NCBI GenBank assembly: GCA_963575745.1
Contig: CAUYUJ010000001.1
Span: 2,480,001-2,544,000 of the forward strand
Source: Prorocentrum cordatum
Lineage: Eukaryota
Direction of reading: 5' to 3'
DNA: 64,000 bases
Shown here: piece by piece, positions 39,901-49,971 of the stretch
Layout of the letters: the number at the start of each line of letters is the position of its first letter
Numbering within the stretch: the first letter of the stretch is position 1
The notes under the pieces: generated by a model
Databases searched by the model: none
The model's input: the letters and a program-made list of their open reading frames with translations, nothing else
What the model was told of the DNA's origin: nothing
Made by a program: the position numbers and the translations under genes

Positions 39901-40677
39901 CTCGGCAGCGCCGAGCAATTCAGTTACCCATGGGATGGCAGTATTACCCAACTTTATCACGACGCCGAAGTTCCCAGGCCTTCATCAGCATCGACGCGTC
40001 GGAGTTTCGAGCGAAACCCACATCGGCCTTCTTTCCCCCCAGCTGGCTTCGACAAGCCACCAGGAGAAGAAGAACGAGCACACGATGAGATGGGCTATTT
40101 CAAATGCAATCTGACGTTGGAACCAGGAGCGGTTTGCACTCGAGTTTGTTCTTCATGGGCATCGCTGTGTACACATCAGGCCGCGACCAAAAGAGGCGAA
40201 CACGGGCTCAGATCAGCAGCAGCAGCGGTCACCATCAATAATCAATGCCCTCTCTGCCGCACCACGTTTCTCGATCGGGCCCAGGCCGACGATCACCGAC
40301 TGCGATCGCTCAAACAAAAAGCGCTGCCTCGCGGACAACTCGGGTCGGGCGAAAGGGGGGGATAGCAAAGGGGGGGTTTGAGAATCAGCTCACGTAGCTG
40401 ATTTTTCCGGCGCCTCCCGGCGCCGGAGGCGACGATGTATCGAGGAATGGGCCTCTCGGTGGGGCCGAAACCAGCTGCATGCAGCAAATTTCGTAACCCC
40501 CCCTTTCCCAATCCCCCCCTTTCGTCCGGCCCGAACAACACCAAGCTCGACCCTCCATTGACTCCCGTCGGAGCTCCACCGTGCCTAATCTGTCCTGATC
40601 TGCCGCCGCTTCTCCACCGCTCGGCTCTGCAGGATCATTTATGCGCAGCGCACCTGCCTGCTGAAGGCCACATCTGA
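36930..40677 (+). mobile_element. Decayed non-LTR retrotransposon, APE-RT with C-terminal C2H2 zinc fingers
   Basis: APE-like NTFWPAGPTYF...RPDYLAVP...RDHVPL; RT YHYVDDIL; IKYLGGHL; zinc fingers FKC..C....SLCTHQ, QCPLCRTTF...H, and CLICPD...QDHLCAAH after the MITE. Confidence 0.8.
40340..40534. mobile_element. TCGGG-MITE family C, copy 1, inserted in a LINE
   Basis: TIR TCGGGTCGGGCGAAAGGGGGGAT / ATCCCCCCCTTTCGTCCGGCCCGA; perfect TSD ACAAC. Confidence 0.92.
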
Positions 40678-42774
40678 AGGGGCCCTGGGACACACACACA
40701 CACATAAATACACACAAATAACATGATTCCCCATATTTGCCAATCTTTTCAAGGTTTTTGCCTTCCCCTCCACTTTCCATAGTTTCCCATCTTTTCCTGG
40801 GAGTCGACGGTTAATTGTGTCTGTGTGTTTTTTCCCTCCTGAATATCACATCCCTGGACATCGGCCTCCCCTATGGCGAGCCGGCGTGCCCACCCCGCAA
40901 CAGATCGCCGACGTGGCCGGCAGTACGGCGGACACCGACCGCAGCAGCAAGACCAGCAAGTGCTACGACAACAACATGGCCAGACACACGCAATACGGAA
41001 GGGGCCCTGGGACACACAAATAAATATACACAAATAACAGGATCCCCCATATTTTCCCATATTGTCCTGGGAGTCGACGATTAATTGTGTCTGTATGTTT
41101 TTTCCCCTACTCCAATACATCGATCGCGGCCCCTGGACGGACGCGGACACGGAGTAGGAGCCCAGCCCAGCGCAGCTCCTCTACAACACCATCCACAAGG
41201 CCCAGGGCCCTACTAGAAGTGGGGCGCTGGTGGAAGAAGGCAGGGCTCCCTCCAGTGGGAGTCATGGAGGATGAGCTCTCGACCTGGCTTGCAGGACTAC
41301 GAATACGGGAAGGCCCACAGTCTACGCCATGGTTGGCGAAGCTCGGCGTGCGCGACGCCGTGGAGCCCCGAAGGCGCTCCATGAGGCGGCGACGGCGAGG
41401 GCGAGGCGGGCCGTGCGCACCAGGCACCTGCCCCCCAAGGCCGCCCTTTTTTTTTTTCTTCTTATTATTTTTCTTCTTCCTCATCGTGCTCTTCCTCCTC
41501 CTCCTCCTCCGCCTCCTCCCCCTCTTCCTTTGAGCAAAGGATCACAGGGATTAGGGATCCGCAAATCTGGGGCCAGAGCCGCCCGATTTTGCAACGCAGC
41601 GAACCGATCTGTTGTTGAAGCGGGGCGCGTCGCCAATCCACGCGCCTTAATCCATGCTTGTGCCTTCTCGACCCTCTTCTCCCTCACAACCTGTCCCCCA
41701 ATTTGCCTTTCTCCCCCCGCCACTCCAAGATTTGGGCGTCCCGAAACGATGCGGTGACACACCGTGCGGTGACCTCGAAATCCCCAATACCTCACTGCAC
41801 GGTCCGTCACCGCACGGAACTGGGACCCTGAAAGCGATCCGAATCCTTAAACCGTATGGCCAACCCGAGTCCCCACTGGCTCACCACACCAGTCCTCCTC
41901 CAAATGTTTGGCTTCCAAGCCATAACTCGGGTCTCCAACGGCCGTTCGGGACGATCCTGGCACCATCGAGCCGCTCTCGGCGAGGCGCAGCTGCTGGAAC
42001 GCATCTCGAAGCAGGAACACCAACAGAAACAATCGAAAACGCCCGAAAACCACAACCCCCCGCTGACTCACCACACGGTGGTCGCCGCTCCGTTTGGGTC
42101 CCCCCTCCGACCCCCCCGCGCGCAATCCACGAGTCGAAATTGGATCGCCGCGCTCAGCTCAGGCTGGTCACGGCCAGCGCCGGTGCACCGAACCGCATCG
42201 AATCGAATCGGAAGCGCGGCCCCAGCAGGCGAATCGAATGGCATCGAATTCAGGACGAAGAAAGCGATCCCCACCCTCACCAGGGAAACCTTGGCCCCGC
42301 TGGGCACTCAACCCCCCCTGCAGCTGGGTACTAACTCCTTCGGGTCTCGGAGCGCACATGCCCGCCTAGAGGGGGTACGCTGGGAATGTCTAAGACCTAG
42401 TATTTCGACCGGCGTGCTGGCCCCCCCCTTTCGCGACAAGGGGTGCATCGCTCATGCGTCGCCCGTGCGTCGGCCGCTGGAAAGGACGGCCGTCCTCGCG
42501 AACACGCACGTCGCCCTCGCAAGGGGATCCTGGGGCAGGGTAACTAGGCTCTACCAGCCTAGGACAGCCTGCTTATCCTGCCCAAGTGGGGGTGGGGATG
42601 GTTCAAGCGGTGATGACGAATCGGATCGCAGGCGGCCCCTTGAAGACGGGGGCGCTTCCCAGCGCGGGCGCTGCCGTCCGCCCCGGGCCCGCGTCACCGC
42701 GGCGCAGGCGTCGGCCACCGGGCCCGCTTGCGGCCGACCCTGGCCGGGGCGGCTCGCGGGGGGAAAGGGCTCTG

Positions 42775-43155
42775 GGGAAGAGGAGGAGGAGGAGGAGGAG
42801 GAGGAGGAGGAGGAGGAGAAGGAGGAGGAGGAGAGGACGAAGAGGAGGAGGAGGAGGAGGAGGAGGAGGAGGAGAAGGAGGGAGGACGAGGAGAGGAGGA
42901 GGAGGAGGAGGAGGAGGAGGAGGAGGAGGAGGAGGAGGAGGAGGAGGAGGAGGAGGGAGGAGGAGAAGAGGAGGAGGAGGAAGAGGAGGAGAGGAGGAAG
43001 AGGAGGAGGAGGAGGAGGGAGGAGAGGAGGAAGAGGAAGAGGAGGAGGAGGAGGAGGTGGAGGAGGAAAAGGAGGACGAGGAGGAAGAGGAGCAGGAGGA
43101 AGTGGAGGAGGAGGAGGAGGAGGAGGAGGAGGAGGAGGAGGACGAGGAGGAGGAT
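42775..43155. repeat. (GGA)n microsatellite
   Basis: Direct reading. Similar (GGA)n/(CCT)n tracts at ~9390, 23770, 24565, 25290, 29310, 32240, 32725, 35748, 51165, 60225, 61095, 61750 and 63010. Confidence 0.97.
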
Positions 43156-43160
43156 CCGCA

Positions 43161-43895
43161 GACCCCTTGGGTTTCATCGGCGCGTGAGATGCTTCCCCCT
43201 CCTCAAACACCTCCCCCGGGACCGCGGTCCGGTCGATTTGGAGGGGGGGGGCCTCAGGGAACAGCCGAACGCGCCATGGGGGACTGGGGGTCCCAAGATG
43301 GGCCAAAAGGGCCCGAAGAGGGTTCCTGAACTGTCCAAGAAGGGCACGAGTCGCCGAAGCATCGCGCCAAGACGCCCAAGATTGGCCCCAGACGGCCCCA
43401 GAGGCCCCCAAAACGTTCCGAGAAGTCGCCGGGGGGGCGGGCGTTCCAAGAGGCCTTCGAGAAGCAAGAATCGTCCCACTCCCTACGGATTTTTTGGTTA
43501 TAGCACATTCGCCTCTCGTGCTCTCGCGAGGCTTGCCCAAGTCGAAGCGGCCTTCAAGATCGACCCAAGACGGGCCAAGAGGCCCCCGAGAGGGCTCCAA
43601 GACGGCACGCGAGGGCCTCAACACGGCCCCAGAAGCCTCCAAGACGGCCGAGGAGGCCCCGAAGACGGCCCTAAGGAGGGCCTAGAAAGGGGGAGCCCAA
43701 ACGGACATGTCGAGCTCCCGTCCCCAGGATGCCCCCGAATCCCCCAAAAACTTCCTGGAGGCCCCCAAAGAGCGCCAAAACGGCCCAACAAAAAAACCCA
43801 TAAGCCTCCAGGATATCCCACCATACCCCCGCAAATCCCACGCGAGGCCCCCGCTGGGAGATCTCCAAGGGGTCGGCAGTGCGGCATAAGCCGGG
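43161..43895 (+). mobile_element. Dispersed GGCCCCAAGA-rich repeat, copy 3, with inverted ends
   Basis: GACCCCTTGG (43161) / CCAAGGGGTC (43865-74). Same head as 3079 and 4050. Confidence 0.75.
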
Positions 43896-44399
43896 TCATC
43901 TTCTTTCCATGCTGTGCGCGCGACGGCCATGGATATTCTACGCGAAAGGTGAACGAGCGCTGCAATCTAGATCGGCTCGCGCAGGGCAGATCCCCATGGA
44001 AAGTTAAATCGGCTGAAACTCACGCGGGCCCTGGCCGGTTAACGCGGGGAGGGAGGCGGGCGAAGCAGGGGGCTTGAACCGGGATGGGCGCGGACGTCTC
44101 TCTCTCTTGCGCTGCCAATCAAAAAGGTGCACATCTGAGGATCGGGCTCTCTTCTTTCCACGCTGCTCGCGCGAGGGCCACGGATATTCCGCGTGAAATG
44201 TGCTCGCGTGCTGAAGTCGAAACCGGCTCGCGCAGGCCAGATTTCCCTCGAGAGTGAGATCGGCCGGTGCTCGCGCGGATCCATCGCCAGGCAGCTATCG
44301 CTGACAGATCTTGGCCGACCTACCGATCAGAGGCCCCGGGCCTGAACCGATCACATTGGATGTAGGCGCAGAGCCGATTGGTTGTCTGGGCCAGGAGGG

Positions 44400-45150
44400 C
44401 CCGCTCGAAACAGGTTGCCAACCTGCAGCGCAGATTTCGAGGGTAGGCCTCGGCGAGTTCAGTATAGAAGATGCCCTGGGCATTCTTGCCTTCTGGCTGC
44501 GTGCGAGGAAGCCCGGAGCGAGTGCAAATCCCGCGACCGGAGCCGCGAGAGACGGCGGTCCAGATTCTCGGCGCGAAAATGCGCGCGTTTCCTCCAGAGC
44601 CCGTTCTATGCAGAACTCAACAAAATCCTGGGGAAGAGGCGGGGCAGAGGGGAGCGACGACGCCGGCGAGAGGAGGGGGGATCGGCTGGTTGAGCTCCGA
44701 CCCGCAAGATGCGCTACCGTGGAGAGCGGGATGGCTCCGCGCTCAGCTCTGGCCGGAGTTCTCGGTTGCCATGGGAGTCGCTTATCTCGGCAGCCCCCCG
44801 CAACAGTTCGCGACAACGTGCCCGGGCCGAACGGCTTTTTCGTCCCGAGCTTGGATGCCCGGGAGACCCGAGGGACAGGAGGAAGTTCGGAGCGTCGCAG
44901 GCGCGTTAGGCCTGTTGCGTGCAATGCTAAAAACTATTGCGAAGCAATTCAATCCACGCTGCGTGGAGGGGCCCGTCCCGCGTCCAAGCTCCTAGGGACT
45001 GTTGAATCGAACGTCGAGACGGGCCGTGCCATTCTCAGCTCCGAACCCCGCCTCTGACTCGAAGATCGGGATGCCTCGCAGCCGCGCCGCACGGCGCCCG
45101 GCCGCGTTGAAGCGGCCACCGCGGAGCCCAGGCAGTGAATTCCCCCGCCC
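44400..45150 (-). pseudogene. C5-cytosine DNA-methyltransferase-like relic within the DIRS element
   Basis: Joining frames gives LGAWTRDGPLHAAWIELLRNSFSIARNRPNAPATLRTSSCPSGLPG...ATENSGQS...EFCIE..WRKRAHF...GICTRSGLPRTQPEGKNAQGIFYTELAEAYPRNLRCRLA. This resembles decayed motif IV (PCxSFS), VI (ENP), VIII (RKRT) and a C-terminal YP motif. Confidence 0.65.
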
Positions 45151-45199
45151 TCTATGGTGTCGCGTCAGCTCGTCAGGAGCCACGCGAGGCGTCGCGCTC

Positions 45200-46100
45200 C
45201 GCAGCGTCGGCCGCTCGCCTGACGCCTGGAGGCAGGCGCTGGCGGAGCTGGTTGACCCCGCCACTCTTCTTGTGCCGAGTGGCCGACCGCTCCGTCAACC
45301 TCCGTCCTTGATCCTGGATGCCGCGCAGGTCGCGCGCCCCCGTCGCGGCGTCGTGAGACGCCCCGCCGCGCCGCGGCACGTAGAGCACAGGCGTGGCGCC
45401 CCCCTCAAGCCCCGCTGCCTTCGCCGCCGTCTCGAAGCCCAACGCCCGCTCGCGGCAGGTGAAGGGGGGGCTCGAGCCTCGCCCCCGCCCCCGCGGAGCC
45501 GCGCCAGCAGCGTCTCCGCGAACGGGAAGGAGTCCACATTGTCCACGAGGACGGTCTCGTCGCGGGCGCCCGTCTTGGACGTGACGACGAGCTCTTGAGG
45601 GAAGCGCCGCGCTCCACTCTAGCCCTGCGCGGGGGCCGTGGGCAGGCGGAGGCGCGAGGTTCCGCTCGCGGATCCTCGGGAGCTCGCGCGGGCGCCAATT
45701 GTGAATAATGGCGAAGACGGCGGCGGCTCCGAGGTGCCAGCTGCCCCGCCCCGTCAAGCGCCGCGCCGCCCGGCAGGCCGCCGCCCGCGGCAGGGGCAGC
45801 CGCGCTTGCGGGGGCCCGGCCGTGACAAGCCCCAGCGGGCCAGCTGCGCCCGCGCCGGCTGGGAGCAGCGGGGCGGAAGCGCGCGATCGCGGCTGCCGCC
45901 TTCGACGCCGCGATGGATCCCCGGCCGTCGTAGAACATCTGGCCGAGCATCTCCACGACTGCGACCTCCAGATCCGCCGGCCGAATGCATCCCAGCCGCT
46001 GCCCCCGCGCCCAAGTCGCGAACCGCTGGCGCTGGTCGCGGCGCTCGGACTCCTGCCGCGCTGACAGTGAGCGGCGCTCGAGCACGGTCCTCGCCAATTG
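45200..46100 (-). pseudogene. Tyrosine recombinase relic
   Basis: LERRSLS...AVVEMLGQMFYDG...; SKTGARDETV; VLYVPRRGGASHD (for LRHGGAS); IQDQGRRLTERSATRHKKSG (for GRW...S..RY.K.G). Confidence 0.8.
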
Positions 46101-46384
46101 CGTCGCCCCGCGCCGCGCCCGCGGCGGGGGGTGAGCGGGCCCCCCCGCCTCCGCGCGAGCGGGCCGAGACTGCCGCCGTCCGCTGCCCGGGCAGGCGTCC
46201 GTGGAACTGCTGGGCGTCGGCGAGCTCAGCAAGAGGCTCGACGTCGACGCGCCCGCGTGTGAGGCTCTCCGCCCGGCGGTCGGGCATCGTCCGCCGCTCG
46301 GCGCGCGCCCGCCCCTCGCGCCAGCATCCCCCAGACCGCCGGCGTCTAGCGGCGCTCGGGCGGGCGCGCGCAGGCAGCGGCGGC

Positions 46385-48650
46385 CGCGGGAGGCCGCGTC
46401 CTCCTCGGAGGGCAGCAAGCGCCATGCGAGCGCAGGTTCGCGGCCAGCGCGAGGGCGGCAGCGCGCCGATGGGCTCGACTGAAGCCAAACGGGCCCCGTC
46501 GGCGGGCGCTTGGTCCGAGAAATGATTGCGCGGTCATGCCATCCCCTGGGGCAGGGCGACGTTTGCCACGCGATGAGGAGGTCAATGCCAGACTCGAGGG
46601 GGGCTCGGGGATCTCCAGAGGCCCACTTGAAGGAGGCCACGCGTCGCCACTTGCCACGCCGGACGCGCGCAGGGACAGGGGGGGCCCGATCGACGCCTTC
46701 GACTCCATCACCCCGATGAAGGGCACTCCGAAGATCGCGCTCTTCCTGCCTCGAGAATCTCCGCCGACCGTTTTAGGGCCCCAGTAGTTTCACGTCGTCG
46801 TCGTCAATCGTTTCGCCCATGGCCCCGCGCCCTCACGACGAGGCATCGAGCGCGCGAGCCTTCGGGCCCCACTGGGCATCAAGCTCGCGGGCGGCGACGA
46901 ACTCGAAGGAGGCCGTCCACCGAAGCTCTCGCGACGCGCATGGCCAGAGAGCTGCTACTTTTCTGGGGCTGCTGTGCGAAGGCGAAGCCAGCCTGCGGCG
47001 CCGCCGGCGCCTCGCGACAGACCAGGCCGCGAGTGGTGAAGTGGCCGAGGTGCGCCGAGATCCTGCGCCCGCTGGCCCGCCCGACCTTTAGCGCGCGCGG
47101 CGGCGCCAGGCGAGGCCGCCGCGCGCTGCGCGGCGACGTGGAGCAGCGCCCGTCCTCGGGGGGATGCAAGCCCAGCGCGTCTCCGCCAACGTGCACCTTC
47201 GCGTCGCGCATCGGCGGGCCAGTCGACCGCGCCCCCCACGACGGCGGGGCCCCGCCCGAAGCGCGCGAAATTGTCGACGCACTCGGCGCGGACGATCGGC
47301 GTCAGTCCTGGGGGACGTCGCCCGTCTACCCGCGCGTTGGCGCCCGCGGCGTCGGGCTCGCGACGGGCGAGCTCCTCGTGGCGGGCCCGGCAGGCCTGCA
47401 GTGCCAGCGCCCGCCCCATCGGCGATCGCCGCGATGACAGGGCGCCGCCCACGCGCCCCCCGGGCCGCGCGGGCTTGCCCCGCGCCCCTGCGACGCCGAG
47501 CTCCCGCGCGCGGATGCTTCCGAAGCCGAAGGCCACGCGGGCGTAGAAGGCCGCGCGGGCGTCGGCGCCGCCCAGCGCCAGCGGCGGCCTCGCGAGTGGA
47601 GCTGCATTCGGGGATCTTCTGACCCGGGTCAATCCAGACTCGGGTCAGCCGGAAACCAAAGCTGCAATGCAGGAAAAAAACTGCAACGCAGATCTTCGCA
47701 AACCCGGGTCAACCAATATGCGCGGCCGCCCCGAGGCCACGAGCGGCTCGCTAACCCGGGTCAGCCAGAGGGGGTCTTCGCAGGATCCTGCAGGATCTGG
47801 TGCCCTGGCTGACCCCCGTTGGCATTGGCCCCCGTCTCAAGGCCCCCGATGCATGTTGGCGAAGCAGGCCCGGCTCGACAGCTGCGCGAGGTCGGGGCCC
47901 TCGAACCAACAAGTCGGGCTGCGGGCGTCGATGGCGAGACGTTGGGCCCCCGACTTTCTCCACGTGCTGCAGCGACCGACGCGGCGTCCTGCCGAACGCC
48001 CGAAGTCGCAGAGATCGGCGACGTGCATCCGCTTCGAGATTCGAGAAATCTGCGCGCACCTTGCGACTGCGCGGGGCGGGGTCGGCATGCGCCCGGCGCG
48101 TGCCCAAGGGTTTCGCATGTCGCCTGTCCTCCCCGCCAGGAAACGCCTCGTCAAACAGCCTCTTCTCGACCCACTCACCTGCCGGACCAGCGCCCCCTCC
48201 CCCTCCCGGCGTCGCAGGTCGGATGCCTAGGGGCGGGTGGGCCCGGAAGGTCCGCGCGAAGAGGGGCCAGCCGCGACGCGGAGCCGTCGTCGGTCAGCTT
48301 GGACCAGAGCACGTCGAATGCCCCATGGCCCGTCGAGGTCGCCTGGTGGCGGCCGCGCGTCAACCGCGCGTTGTCGGAGGTGGTCCGAGGCAAATATTTG
48401 CGCCGGCGTCTGCCTCGAAGGCGAGCAGGGGGACCTGCTGCCCGGCGCCCCGTGCAGGTCGCCCAGGGTGCAAATCAGCTCGTCGGCAGCAAAGTCCACG
48501 GCGGCCCGCCGTTAGACCCGGCGTCGCGTCGCGCATGCGCGCGCGAGGTCGTGCGCAAGGATCGACATCCGCCGGAAGAGGTGCACGAAAAAGGCATTGC
48601 TGCCGAGGGTCTGCGGCGCGGCAGTCGCGAGCGAATTCAGCCTTGTGTTT
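46385..48650 (-). pseudogene. DIRS-type reverse transcriptase / RNase H relic
   Basis: AHADPAPRSRK; VGRCSTWRKSGAQRLAIDAR (for FFVxKKxGxxRLIxDAR); GADARAAFY; ECVDNF (for YVDN); WRLLPSEEDAASR (for WIPSExNxADxPSR). Confidence 0.75.
47608..47849. mobile_element. TCGGG-MITE family A, copy 3, inserted in the DIRS RT
   Basis: TCGGGGATCTTCTGACCCGGGTCAATCCAG...GGCCCCCGA; perfect TSD TGCAT. Confidence 0.9.
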
Positions 48651-48699
48651 CCCGCCAGGCCTGGGCTCAAGACCTGGCGGGTGTCCATCGAGCACCATT

Positions 48700-49971
48700 G
48701 CCGAGGGTGCGGCGTTCCTCCCGCGCCTTCCGAACTTGTCATAGCGCACTGGTGTCTCGCTCGACCTCGCGGACCACGGGGTCGAGCAGGTCGGGCGACG
48801 CCACTGCTTCGCCCGCCCCCCGGCGTCGCCCCATGAACGCGCCGCTCTCTCCGAGGAGACCAGCGCGTTCACGACCCTTGCCACGATTATTATGGGAATT
48901 GCCTTCCTTGCTGCCGCCCTTCTCCGCGTCGCCGCTCTGGCCCTGTCCGAGCGGCTCGCAGAAGTAGGCGTGCTCGACGAAGTGGCAGTCCCTCGCGAGG
49001 ATCTGAAAACAGGCGCAGTCGGCGATCTCGAGCGCGTCATAGCTCGCCGCCGTCTCGAGGGCCCACAGACCTTTCTCATGCACCTCGTCTCCCCAGTCAT
49101 CACGCTGGTGCCGAATGACCTGACGCCACCGCGCGCGATGGTCGCCAGGTCCGCCTCCGCGTCGGTCGAGGAACCGCATCGCCCATTCTACGGTCCTGGG
49201 CCCCTGGACAGGCCAGTCCAGGAAGGGGGCGACGACGCCCTGCTCCGCGACCTGCCTCCAGGGTCTCCTCTGGCGTCGGTCGCCCACGAGCTCGATCGGC
49301 ATGATCCTGGCGTCGGCGACGCTCTCGCAGCGCATGAAAGCGCCCCGCTCCTGGTGCAGCATCCGCCTGGCCAGCGCCGCAGCCGGGCCGCGCGGCTCAG
49401 GGGCCGCACCTGGCACATGGCATGAGTATCGTTTAACCGATCCCCATCCCCGGCGGCGTGGCCTTGGCCCCACTGGCCGATTTACCCCCCAGGATGGGGA
49501 TATAGGTCGTTCGCTTGGGGTTTCGAAGAGTGTATCCCCAACTAAAATGGTAATTTGGTGGGGGTCTCGAAGGGGATGGGCCCAGTCCTGGGAACCGTGG
49601 GGCGGCCAGAGGCCCTCCCGCGGGGTCGGCCACCAACGGCGGCAGCGCGCCTCCAGCCGGCTCCACCAGGCCGTCCGTTGCGGCGGTCCCGCAGCACGTG
49701 CTCGTCCCGGGCCGCGATGCGCGTCGGCCGCTAGAACTCCTGGAGTTCCGCTGGCGTCGGCTCGCCGAAAACTCCACCGCACGGCCGCGACATTGGGGTC
49801 CGAGCCGCCATACACCTCGCAGTACACGTCCCCGTCCGGCGTGGCGGCCACCACCTCACTCGCTGCCACTGGAGTACCCGCCAAAACTCCCAGCACCAAC
49901 CGCTGGTGGAAGAGAGCGGCCCGCCGTAATTACTACAGCCACGCCCACTCCTGCATCGGCGGCTGCGCCAT
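48700..49971 (-). pseudogene. Gag-like ORF1 relic of the DIRS element
   Basis: LFHQRLVLG...VVAATPDGDVYCE; WPVQGPRTVEWAMRFL...RWRQ...YDALEIADCACFQILAR; SPDLLD.V.REVERD..L*QVRKAREER. Lies upstream of the RT. Confidence 0.7.
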
